Positions 45,644 through 54,116 of a stretch of 54,116 nt of DNA are shown piece after piece. The notes under the pieces are model-generated. The model made no database searches and was not told the DNA's origin. It saw nothing but the letters and a program-made list of their open reading frames with translations. A program made the translations under genes and the position numbers. Origin of the DNA: an uncultured Desulfomonile sp. (GTDB taxonomy: Bacteria > Desulfobacterota > Desulfomonilia > Desulfomonilales > Desulfomonilaceae); the NCBI GenBank assembly GCA_964528855.1, contig CAZGVM010000002.1, positions 1 through 54,116 on the forward strand, given 5' to 3'. The number at the start of each line of letters is the position of its first letter. Position 1 is the stretch's first letter.

Positions 45644-46564
45644 TTAATTAACCGCACAGCATGAGCTTTCGTATTTAACTTCAAGTCCCATGTTTTGCGC
45701 CAGTTCCACAGCCTTGTCGGAGGCCAGCGCGATGGAATTTACTCCGGCTTTTACGGCTATGATATCTACAGCAAGCCGGTATTTTCCGCGAGGTCTGGCG
45801 CACCCGAGTGATGCCAGCGTTTGAGGCATTTGAAAACGCGCTTTAACCAGAAACCTGCCTACTTCGTCGGGAGTCGGCGGAACAACTTTTTCCATGGGGG
45901 TTTGTTTCAGAGGATTTAATACCACCACCACATATTTTTTGATGGGATAACTTTTTATGATTTCCAGCGCCCGATATTCACCTAAAATCTCTCCAAAATG
46001 AAGACCCATGATAATATGAGGCGCGATTTCTATTCCGGCATGGCTCAAAGCATCCATGGTTATCATGATGGAACTCACGCCGTCTTTTAAATGATAAACT
46101 TCAAGAGCAGTTTTTTCTGAGCCTATGACGTCCACGAGAGCCTGGTCAACTCCGGCGGCCTTGAGAGCTGAAGCTGTCTTTTTGTCAACCTGACCCGGGT
46201 GGACTGACACCTTCAAATTCGTCCGTTTTTTTATCTCAAAAATGGTGTCGGTGAAACGCTCCCAGGGTAAAAATCCATTCTCGTCACACCCCCCGGTCAA
46301 AAGGATTCCTATGTCACCACGTTTCTGGGCATTAAGTGCGAAGTTCAACAATGCGTCTGGAGAGTTCAGTTCCGGCATGGATTGCAACAAAACTCCTTTG
46401 CAATGCTCGCAGCTCAACGAACAGTTTCTTGTCGTTATCGAAACGGCTTGGTATTTACCCCGAATGCCGTTGTAAACAAACATGCCCGGTGAATAAACCG
46501 TCAGAATGGAGCCGTGATTTGAACGCGACAAATTCCAAGATTCAGCAAATTGATCTTCATTCAT
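45644..46564 (-). CDS. Radical SAM protein, LipS1/LipS2-type lipoyl synthase candidate
   Basis: CSLSCEHC (CX3CX2C) is present and the C-terminus ends ...SSCCAVN. I set the start at ATG 46564 (MNEDQF), 1 nt after the upstream stop. The ORF-track start at 46606 would overlap by 41 nt. Confidence 0.65.
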   Translation of the reverse strand: MNEDQFAESWNLSRSNHGSILTVYSPGMFVYNGIRGKYQAVSITTRNCSLSCEHCKGVLLQSMPELNSPDALLNFALNAQKRGDIGILLTGGCDENGFLPWERFTDTIFEIKKRTNLKVSVHPGQVDKKTASALKAAGVDQALVDVIGSEKTALEVYHLKDGVSSIMITMDALSHAGIEIAPHIIMGLHFGEILGEYRALEIIKSYPIKKYVVVVLNPLKQTPMEKVVPPTPDEVGRFLVKARFQMPQTLASLGCARPRGKYRLAVDIIAVKAGVNSIALASDKAVELAQNMGLEVKYESSCCAVN

Positions 46565-46565
46565 G

Positions 46566-47660
46566 TCAAAAGTCCCGGACACGTTTTCTGTAACCCTCAA
46601 AAGCAATCCAGGTTTGCGAGCAAATGGACTTCATGTCATGGCCTGGCCACCTGTCCATCATCAATTTTCTCTTGGATCTCGCGTGATTGAGAACTCCGGA
46701 ATATAGACCCCTTATTTCGGACTCGTATGTGGACAAGTAATTCATGTTAGCATTTTTTATGGCCTTGACTGCCGCTATTCCGGCCATTTCTCCGGAAATC
46801 ATTGCCTGCGGCGCTCCAGCTCCGGTTATGGGATGAGTCAAACCGGCAGCGTCCCCGACAAGCGCCACATTTCCCCTGACCAGTTCAGACCTGATTCCTG
46901 AAACAGGTATAAGTCCTCTGGACCTGGACAGAATTCCCGGTGTCACCAAACCCATGTTCCTGAACATGCCCAGGAAAATTTCCAAAAGCTCAAAAGGACG
47001 ACTCTGTTTGTTCGCCAGCAGGCCCAGACCAAAATTTGCGGACATGCCTTTTGGAAAGAGCCAACCATAACCGTATGTTATAGATTTGTGAAAAAATATG
47101 ACTGTTCTGTCCAATTTTTTCGCCAAAGGGATCTGGTACTGAATACCTAAAAGGAATTCCGGTCTCCAGGATGATAAAGACTTGCCCACAGGTGAATTTG
47201 AACCGTCAGCGCCTATCACCACTGTGGATTCGGCCTCTATTTCCCGACCCCTGTGTCTGAAAATCAACCGTTGGTTCTCCAGTTTTAATAGTCTGGAGTC
47301 GCTCAAAACCTCAGCGCCATTCGATGCGGCTTGCTTTGCCAGGTTCATGTCCAGGGATTGCCTGTCAATCATAAACCCTTCCGACCTGGTTACGGCGCCT
47401 TCACCGATCTCTGCGTTTGCCGGAAAGCTATCCTCCGGGATTATTACCGTTTCCATCGAATCTACGGACTGGTCAATGATTCGCTCATTGATCCGGAATT
47501 GAGTCACGAGTTTTTTGGGTATGAACTCTCCGCAGTGAGGTTTTTCACCGATGCGTTGCTTTTTGTCGATCAACAAAACGCTCAACCCATGCCCGGCGAC
47601 TGTAGATGCGGCCACAGAACCGGCAGGACCGGCCCCGACAACAATCACATCATATTTCAT
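46566..47660 (-). CDS. Geranylgeranyl-reductase-family FAD-dependent oxidoreductase (LipT-like)
   Basis: Motifs present: MKYDVIVVGAGPAGS, GADGSNS, YGYGWLFPKG and LVGDAAGLTHPITGAG. ATG 47660 lies 1 nt after the ligase stop. An alternative ATG is at 47675. Confidence 0.75.
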   Translation of the reverse strand: MKYDVIVVGAGPAGSVAASTVAGHGLSVLLIDKKQRIGEKPHCGEFIPKKLVTQFRINERIIDQSVDSMETVIIPEDSFPANAEIGEGAVTRSEGFMIDRQSLDMNLAKQAASNGAEVLSDSRLLKLENQRLIFRHRGREIEAESTVVIGADGSNSPVGKSLSSWRPEFLLGIQYQIPLAKKLDRTVIFFHKSITYGYGWLFPKGMSANFGLGLLANKQSRPFELLEIFLGMFRNMGLVTPGILSRSRGLIPVSGIRSELVRGNVALVGDAAGLTHPITGAGAPQAMISGEMAGIAAVKAIKNANMNYLSTYESEIRGLYSGVLNHARSKRKLMMDRWPGHDMKSICSQTWIAFEGYRKRVRDF

Positions 47661-47661
47661 C

Positions 47662-49230
47662 CTATTTTTCTGCATTTAGACGCCTGAGTGTCTTCTGTAT
47701 CAGATCCATGTTCAAAAAAGTCTTGTTGTCGAATCGTCCTTTATATGCCTGAGAGCCTTTGCCCAAATCATAGCAGGTGGTAGAATCAAGATTGATCAGA
47801 ACGCCTGCTGCATCTATCTGAGACATGTCAGCTTGATGTTTGGCAAAAAAGGCCTCGCAGCAGGAACCCACGTATATACCATTTTTACCGGCGCATTTTG
47901 ATTGTATAGTATCCATGAGGTGCTCAAAACTTTGCACCGTCAATGGCTCAAGATTGTATTCCCTGGCTACGTCATAGCAAGTTCCAATTTCACATTTCCC
48001 ACACTCAGAACAGCCAGGAATGTCTCGATATTCACAGTCAAGATTTTTTGAGCAGTAGGGAAGCAGAAGCCACCTGGGAATGCTTTTGTCTATTTCTTCA
48101 GGCTGAAGATTTACAAAAAAAAGCTCGTTGGCGTCTTTAAGACTCATTTGATCATTGACTATCCTGAGTCTTTTAGCCGCTTCGGCTACTGCCGAGGCGA
48201 TCTCGGCAGGTTGAACATCAAGAACTCGTCCTTCATAAGTGTCTAAGAAACTTAAAACTGCCTGATAAACAGTCTGTGGATCCGGTTTGAGACCCACGAG
48301 GCTTGCTTCCAGATCCCGGGACAGTTTTGCCGGGATGGAGAAAAAGTCACCTGCAATAAGGGCGAGCTGAATTCTTTTTCCGCCGGGAGACAGCCAAAGA
48401 TGAGTCCTGAAAGTTCCCCCTGCCGTTTGCTTTATTGACCTGGCAGGGTCTGATTCATGAGCAGGTCTGGATTTTGAATTTACCCATTCATCACTTTGAT
48501 AATACGCCGTTTCATTTTTGAGACGCTCCGATTCTCCGGATGTCAGGCCGGCGACCGAGAGGGTAATTCCCAAGCTCTTTTCGAACGATTCGGTCAGGGC
48601 ATTTTTAACCATAGAAAGTGATGGCGCAGAATCAATCAGATCATTGAGAAAACATATCCTGTCCATCAGGGATTCTATTTCTCTCTTTTTAAGCTTTTCA
48701 ACCGGAACTCTGAGCGCCTTTAAAAATCTGTCCACTTCATTTTCTATGAGAATTGTGCCCTGAAACATCATTGCTCCGGAGATTGCGACTCCCCCGGTGC
48801 CAGATATTTTTCTGCCATTAATTTCGATGTCGTTGCGTGGCCTGAACTTTGCTTCAACCCCCAGGCTGGATATCCCTTCAGCCGCTATTGAACAGATACG
48901 TATCAGGATGGATTCAAAGCTTCCCGTAAATGGATGGGATCCCGGCCGGCCAAAAAATTCCCAGCCAAGACCGGATTCCTGAAACAGAATTCCGCCACCG
49001 CCGGTAATCCTGCGGTTAATATCAATCCCGTGGTCCCTGCAAAAATCCCGACGTATTTCCAGTTCCACATCCTGGTTGTATCCGACAAGGGCTGCGTCCG
49101 GTTTAAATTGAAGGAACCTGAATGTCGTGGGGGAATTTCCGGAAGCGACCTCCTCGAGGATGATCATGTCCAACGCCATGTTTTCGGCAGCGGATAAAGA
49201 GCCTGTATCCAACAAACGAATTTCTTTCAA
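47662..49230 (-). CDS. Lipoate-protein ligase (LplA catalytic plus accessory domains) fused to a C-terminal Cys-rich DUF116-like domain
   Basis: 522 aa. The N-terminal BPL/LplA fold has ...AENMALD..., RRITGGGGI and INGRKISGTGG (Lys). The middle region is LplA C-terminal-like. The last ~150 aa are WLLLPYCSKNLDCEY..IPGCSECGKCEIG...YVGSCCEAFF...STTCY. TTG start. Confidence 0.75.
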   Translation of the reverse strand: MKEIRLLDTGSLSAAENMALDMIILEEVASGNSPTTFRFLQFKPDAALVGYNQDVELEIRRDFCRDHGIDINRRITGGGGILFQESGLGWEFFGRPGSHPFTGSFESILIRICSIAAEGISSLGVEAKFRPRNDIEINGRKISGTGGVAISGAMMFQGTILIENEVDRFLKALRVPVEKLKKREIESLMDRICFLNDLIDSAPSLSMVKNALTESFEKSLGITLSVAGLTSGESERLKNETAYYQSDEWVNSKSRPAHESDPARSIKQTAGGTFRTHLWLSPGGKRIQLALIAGDFFSIPAKLSRDLEASLVGLKPDPQTVYQAVLSFLDTYEGRVLDVQPAEIASAVAEAAKRLRIVNDQMSLKDANELFFVNLQPEEIDKSIPRWLLLPYCSKNLDCEYRDIPGCSECGKCEIGTCYDVAREYNLEPLTVQSFEHLMDTIQSKCAGKNGIYVGSCCEAFFAKHQADMSQIDAAGVLINLDSTTCYDLGKGSQAYKGRFDNKTFLNMDLIQKTLRRLNAEK

Positions 49231-49528
49231 TGATTCAAACCCCGGTCCAATTTTTCGGCAGCGCTTTGATCCTGTTCATCGATTCGAGGGCTTTCAGGCT
49301 TGAAGATATTACATGGAATACACATTTCCCTCAACGATGTGAAACTGATTCCGTCTAAAAGCATTTTATTTGATGGTAGGAGAGCCAAGAGCTTGTGAAG
49401 ACTGGTTAAATGGTTTTCAATCCCTGAAATGTCCTTATCATGTCAATAGCTTACCAAGCCGGCGCGTAAGCCGGCCCGGTGTCATACGCAGCTATAGTTT
49501 TCGATTCCATCTCCGGAGTCAAGACTTG

Positions 49529-50080
49529 TCATTTTGCGCCGAGATCCAATGCAGGAGCGGCGTCAAGAGCCTTTATGACCATTTCGGTAAGATCCGGCAT
49601 GCCGGATGAATAAATCATGGTCTCTTTCAGGAATACGGCGCTATAGCCTTCATCTTTGGCTACTTTGTCTATAATCTGCTGAATCTGATTCATTATGGCC
49701 GTCTGAATGGCCTGTTGCTGAACCGCCAGCTTGCTTCTCACGGCCTGCTGTTCCGACTGCATTTCCTGATATTTCTGTGTCAGGTCATTTTCAAGTTTTT
49801 CTTTCTCGGCAGGTTTCAGCGTGTCTTTACCTTTTTCAAGGTCTGCTTCGAGTTTTTTGGCTTCGGTTGTAAGGCTCTCCATTTTGGGAGAAGCTGCAGT
49901 CTGCATTTTGAGCAATTGCTCTACCGCTACTTTGACCTTGTTGGATTTGGATGAAACATCGGTAAGATTAATTTGGGCAAACTTGGCGGACTGCGCCCAA
50001 CTGACATTAACGGTCGTTAAACACGCAGTAAAAACGATCAAAGTAATCAAGCAACCGAAAACCATACCTGTTTTTTTCAT
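49529..50080 (-). CDS. skp: Periplasmic chaperone Skp/OmpH
   Basis: 183 aa with a signal peptide and a long Lys/Glu/Gln-rich coiled region (typical OmpH). GAAAGGA lies 7 nt upstream. Confidence 0.8.
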   Translation of the reverse strand: MKKTGMVFGCLITLIVFTACLTTVNVSWAQSAKFAQINLTDVSSKSNKVKVAVEQLLKMQTAASPKMESLTTEAKKLEADLEKGKDTLKPAEKEKLENDLTQKYQEMQSEQQAVRSKLAVQQQAIQTAIMNQIQQIIDKVAKDEGYSAVFLKETMIYSSGMPDLTEMVIKALDAAPALDLGAK

Positions 50081-50308
50081 GAATTAATCCTTTCTCAAAT
50101 AATCCCGTCAGCATACTTCAAAGTTGCTTTAGAGTCCAACAAGAAAATGCCGGTTCCGGAATCCGTTCCTGATTGGTCACTTTGGGAAACTTTATGTTTC
50201 GACCCAATTGCCAAAAACTGCATTTTGCACATGGACAATAATTTTTTTAACCGGATTTGCCCCCGATATAATGCGTTTGCCGTCTTTTTCATTCTTGAAA
50301 TCTGAATT

Positions 50309-53300
50309 TTAGCGGACAGGTGTTTGTTGTTCATTAGAGCGTTTGGCTTCCATGACATTCTGGATCGTCTGAAAAAGCTGGTTTCTTGATATGGGTTTAG
50401 AGACATATGCGTCCATTCCGGCTTGCAGACACATTTCCTCGTCTCCTTTTACGGCGTGGGCGGTCATGGCAATTATGGGAATATTTCTGAGGCTAATGTT
50501 TTCCATGCCTCTAATCATCCTGGTAGCCTCGAGGCCGTCCATTTCCGGCATTTGCACGTCCATCAGAACAAGATCAAAGTCATCTGATGCTACTTTTTCC
50601 AAAGCTTCCAGTCCATTCTTGGCGACAACCACCAAATGTCCCTGTTTTTGAAGAATGAGAGTGGCAAGTTTCTGGTTAACCAGATTATCCTCGGCTAGAA
50701 GTATTTTCAGTGGCTTGACCGGGACAAGGCTCTCCACACTGACCGGACTCGCGGTTTTTTCCCGGGACAATTCACGCGGATTCAGGGTCATAACTATTGA
50801 ATGTAAAAGATCACTTGATATCAATGGCTTTCGCAAGTACGCCTGAACCCCTAGTTCCTGACATCTTTCACACGATCCTGAAGGATTGGCCGATGACATT
50901 ATTGCAATCTTCAGGTCCGACCAGTAGCTGTTCTTGCGTATAATGTCGGTTAATTCAAATCCATCAATGTCGGGCATCATGACATCGATCAATGCTATTC
51001 TGAATTGTTGATCATCGTTAATTGATGAATTCAGAATTTCCAGCGCTGTCACGGCAGAATCGGCAGTTTGCGGGAGCATCCCCCACTTGGTGAGCATTTT
51101 TTCAAGAATCATCCTGTTTGTATCGTTGTCGTCAACCACCAGTATTCTCACTTGATTGATGACGCTCAAATATTCATCCAGGGGTGGGCTGGATTCAGAA
51201 GGCCTGGTTACCATCCTGCACGTAAAATGGAATTGGCTGCCCTCACCCAATCGACTCTCTACCCATATCTTCCCTTGCATCAAATCCACCAACTGGGAGG
51301 TTATCGCAAGCCCCAAACCGGTTCCACCATATTTTCGGGTAGTAGATGAATCAACCTGGGTAAACGGATTAAAAATAATCTTTGTTTTTTCCGCCGGTAT
51401 TCCTATTCCGGTGTCATTTATATCAAACTGTAACTCCACTTGATCATCAATTTCCGAAATCACACTTACATTGACCAGCACCTCTCCCGTTTCCGTAAAT
51501 TTTATGGCGTTTCCTATCAGGTTAATCAGTATTTGACGCAGCCGACCGATATCTCCCGTGACTACCTCCGGAACATCTTCGGAAACGGACAATATGAGTT
51601 CGAGTTTTTTTTGACCGGCTCGGACGGCCAGGGATTGCATTATTTCTTCGAGACGATCGCGAAGGTGGAAATCGCTAAAATCGAGGTCGAGTTTGCCGGC
51701 CTCTATTTTCGAAAAATCGAGGATGTCATTAATTATTGAGAGAAGGGATTCGGCCGCATAGAGCACCAGATTCATGTGCTCTCTCTGCTCCTGGGTTAAA
51801 TCCGTGTCCAGGGCGAGTTGAGTCATGCCCAAAATACCATTCATGGGTGTTCTTATTTCATGACTCATCACAGCCAGAAAATCGCTCTTGGCACTATTGG
51901 CTTTTTCGGCGTCCTCTCGGGCTTTGATAAGTTCCGATTCAATCAGCTTGCGTTGTGAGATGTCCCTGATAATGCCTATGAATGATATCTCATTGCCTAG
52001 TTTCATTTCACTGACTGAAATTTCAATGGGGAAAGATACGTTATCTTTTCGAATGCCAAAAAGTTCCCTGGTCTTGCCTATGATTCGATATTCCCCGGTT
52101 TCCAGGTATCTGCGTATGTATCCATCGTGGAGGTCGCTGTGCGGTTGCGGGACTATGATTTTGATGTTCTTGCCGATCATTTCATTCGCGCTGTGTCCGA
52201 AAATTCTCTCAGCCGCAGGATTGAATGTCTGAACGATTCCTTTCTCGTCAATGGTTATGATGGCGTCTACAACATTTTCCACTATTGAGCGGATTCTGTG
52301 CTCACTCTTTACAACCTGTTCCTCTGCTATACTTCTTCTCTGGTCATTTCGATAGGCCTGAATGATGCTCGCGCAAGTCGCAAGATAAGGATTGAGGAAG
52401 TCTATTACGTTCTGACCGTAACCTCCGGGCCTGTTTGCAATGCCGATCATGCCCACAAAAACGTCTGCGGCGTGAAAAGGTAAACCTAGGAAAGCTCTCA
52501 GTTCAGGATGTCCTTCAGGTAGTCCGCCTTTCCTGGGGTCATTCAGAGGATCATTTGATATAACAGGTTTTTCTGTCGTAATGACACGACCGAACAGTGT
52601 TTTTAAATTGCGAAATTCAAGACCTTCGTTGGAATATTTTTCATAGAAAGCCCTGGTGGTGTCATTCCAGGCGATATTTGTGACTGCGAATGTCTTTAGA
52701 TAAGGTTGTTCATTTTGATCATAGAGAATTTCCCCGATGAATCCGTACTCACTTCTGGTCAGCTCCAGCAAGGCGTTGAGCAATTCTTCAAAAAGTTGGC
52801 GAGGATTGGGTCTAAAAAAATATCTGTTCTGAGCCCTTGTCAATGCGCTCAAAAGCTTGTTGCTGTTCAGCAAATCCTGCTCGGCTCTTTTCCGATCAGT
52901 AATGTCCTGGCTTATTTTGAGGCAGTTCGAAATCGAGCCATCAGCAAGTTTGATTGGGCTGAATGACGCTAGTTCCCAGTAAGGTTCATCGTTCACTAAA
53001 GGCTTTCGGTATAATTCGCCGGTCCATTCAGACCCCGAGTCCATAATCTGTTTAATGAGTGAGTTTTCATTTTCATAGGAGGAGTCTAACTGGTCCATCG
53101 TTTTTCCGGAAACGTCTGAAAAGCTAAACCCGGTAACCTGGCTAAATTTTGGGTTTACGTATTCTATCTTTCCATTTAGATCAGTTATCATAACCACATT
53201 GGGACTTTGTTCGACAGCACGCGAAAGTTTTCTCAACTTGTCCTCGGTATTCACCCTGTCAGTCAAATCCCTCAGCGTCCCTGAAGTCCCTACAACCTTT

Positions 53301-53974
53301 CCGCCATCATCAAATGTCAACCGCGCAAACACCTCTACCCAACAGCGCCCCTTGGTTGCGTGAAGATAACGGATTTCGTGTCTGCAATAATCTTTGAGTC
53401 CTGAAACAAGCGGTTCGAAAAGCTTCAGGTTCTTTTCACGATCAGCGGGATAAACATAATCCAGGAAGCTTTTCCCTACACTCTCCTGGATTCCAAACCC
53501 GGTAACCTCCTCCCAGGCCGGATTCAGAAAGGTCCACAAACCCTCTAAGTCCGTCTGGAAAACAACATCCTTGAGGTTGTCCACCACGTTTCTGTATTGC
53601 TTGTTGCTCTCACGTAGAGCGCGCTCCACAGATTCTCTCTGGTCGATTTGTTTCTTCAGTTCTTCATTGATTAAAAGCAGATCACCGGTTCTTTCCTCGA
53701 CACGTTTTTCAAGATCCCGTCTGGCGATCTCCAATTCGCTTTCTATTTTTTTCCGCTGACTGATGTCTCTGATCACGCCGGCAAATAAAGTTTCCTCACC
53801 GGTTTTCCAGGTCGAAATGGAAAGCTCTATTGGAAATTCGGAACCATCCTTGTGTAATCCGGACAACTCCAGGAGCATCCCAATTACAACTGATTCGCCT
53901 GTATCCATGTGTCGCTTCATTCCCGACAGATGAAGCTCCCGGAATTTCTGTGGCATTATCTGTACTAAATTCAT
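50309..53974 (-). CDS. Hybrid sensor histidine kinase (multiple PAS, GAF, HisKA, HATPase_c, two receiver domains)
   Basis: H-box SHEIRTPMNG is present, with N/G boxes GNAIKFT, DTGIGI and GGTGLGL. The two REC domains carry DVMMPDIDG and DVQMPEMDG. The first ATG (53974) falls inside a PAS domain. The frame stays open upstream to an in-frame TGA at 54089-54091, so the 5' end is unresolved. Confidence 0.85.
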   Translation of the reverse strand: MNLVQIMPQKFRELHLSGMKRHMDTGESVVIGMLLELSGLHKDGSEFPIELSISTWKTGEETLFAGVIRDISQRKKIESELEIARRDLEKRVEERTGDLLLINEELKKQIDQRESVERALRESNKQYRNVVDNLKDVVFQTDLEGLWTFLNPAWEEVTGFGIQESVGKSFLDYVYPADREKNLKLFEPLVSGLKDYCRHEIRYLHATKGRCWVEVFARLTFDDGGKVVGTSGTLRDLTDRVNTEDKLRKLSRAVEQSPNVVMITDLNGKIEYVNPKFSQVTGFSFSDVSGKTMDQLDSSYENENSLIKQIMDSGSEWTGELYRKPLVNDEPYWELASFSPIKLADGSISNCLKISQDITDRKRAEQDLLNSNKLLSALTRAQNRYFFRPNPRQLFEELLNALLELTRSEYGFIGEILYDQNEQPYLKTFAVTNIAWNDTTRAFYEKYSNEGLEFRNLKTLFGRVITTEKPVISNDPLNDPRKGGLPEGHPELRAFLGLPFHAADVFVGMIGIANRPGGYGQNVIDFLNPYLATCASIIQAYRNDQRRSIAEEQVVKSEHRIRSIVENVVDAIITIDEKGIVQTFNPAAERIFGHSANEMIGKNIKIIVPQPHSDLHDGYIRRYLETGEYRIIGKTRELFGIRKDNVSFPIEISVSEMKLGNEISFIGIIRDISQRKLIESELIKAREDAEKANSAKSDFLAVMSHEIRTPMNGILGMTQLALDTDLTQEQREHMNLVLYAAESLLSIINDILDFSKIEAGKLDLDFSDFHLRDRLEEIMQSLAVRAGQKKLELILSVSEDVPEVVTGDIGRLRQILINLIGNAIKFTETGEVLVNVSVISEIDDQVELQFDINDTGIGIPAEKTKIIFNPFTQVDSSTTRKYGGTGLGLAITSQLVDLMQGKIWVESRLGEGSQFHFTCRMVTRPSESSPPLDEYLSVINQVRILVVDDNDTNRMILEKMLTKWGMLPQTADSAVTALEILNSSINDDQQFRIALIDVMMPDIDGFELTDIIRKNSYWSDLKIAIMSSANPSGSCERCQELGVQAYLRKPLISSDLLHSIVMTLNPRELSREKTASPVSVESLVPVKPLKILLAEDNLVNQKLATLILQKQGHLVVVAKNGLEALEKVASDDFDLVLMDVQMPEMDGLEATRMIRGMENISLRNIPIIAMTAHAVKGDEEMCLQAGMDAYVSKPISRNQLFQTIQNVMEAKRSNEQQTPVR

Positions 53975-54116
53975 CGTCAGCGCTTCTGCTTCGGAATAAC
54001 CGAAGAATTTTTCTGCCGCCTTATTCCAGAAAACGATGTCGCTGTTCCGGTCTGCAATTATGATGGCTTCAAAAGTTGCATGCGCTATTCATTTGCCTTG
54101 TAACTTTGCGTTGTTC

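Noticed and set aside
49455-49480. GCCGGC-gcgtaa-GCCGGC hairpin downstream of skp as an intrinsic terminator
   Set aside because: The GC stem is present, but no convincing T-run follows on the minus strand. I left it unannotated.
50095-50406. 103-aa minus-strand ORF overlapping the 3' end of the sensor kinase
   Set aside because: It overlaps the receiver-domain coding region in another frame, has low-complexity basic composition and has no SD sequence.
54089-54091. In-frame TGA upstream of the kinase as a selenocysteine codon
   Set aside because: It lies in a PAS linker with no redox motif, and I saw no hairpin immediately downstream. A nonsense mutation, a sequencing error or a true gene boundary is more plausible.
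1-54116. Antisense and overlapping ORF-track entries inside ileS, the kinase, the flavoprotein, the Mo-family subunit and others. I also looked for CRISPR arrays, transposases, integrases, toxin-antitoxin pairs and known defence genes.
   Set aside because: The overlapping ORFs lack SD sequences and motifs and sit opposite strongly supported genes. I saw no repeat-spacer arrays, no terminal inverted repeats and no nuclease/ATPase defence signatures anywhere in the window.

Overview
This is a 54.1-kb, densely coding chromosomal window. It looks like an anaerobic Gram-negative bacterium, based on Skp/OmpH, LspA, a Tat-lipoprotein, multihaem c-type cytochromes, NrfD-type membrane modules and a selenoprotein. 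These suggest a Desulfobacterota-like organism, but that taxonomy is inference only. I support 50 protein-coding genes, 1 pseudogene, and a few promoter-like, terminator and SECIS-like elements. I did not recognise any rRNA, tRNA, CRISPR array, transposase/integrase, prophage or known defence gene.

Housekeeping content includes leuC-like, rfbD, yggT, hup, a ferredoxin, ileS-lspA, a dGTPase, mobA, tilS, a Ctp protease, skp and a large hybrid sensor kinase.

Four things stand out:
1. A ~14-kb, 15-gene minus-strand run (22205-36182). It strings together an SdhAB-like flavoprotein/FeS pair, a mini-NosR (FMN_bind plus TM plus 2x[4Fe-4S]), further membrane-anchored FeS proteins, a heptahaem NapC-type cytochrome, and a DsrJOP/Qrc-like cytochrome-FeS-NrfD-molybdopterin-family module. 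It also includes an internally duplicated Cys-motif permease and a Tat-exported NHL propeller. I do not recognise this combination as any characterised respiratory complex, and it is my best candidate for an undescribed system.
2. A LipS1/LipS2-type lipoate assembly cluster (44512-49230) whose lipoate-protein ligase is fused to a Cys-rich DUF116-like domain.
3. A SelW/Rdx-type selenoprotein gene with an in-frame UGA (13554-13784). The ORF track misses it and shows an antisense shadow ORF instead.
4. A decayed moeA remnant translationally coupled to tilS.

All family calls are motif recognition by eye. No database search was run.
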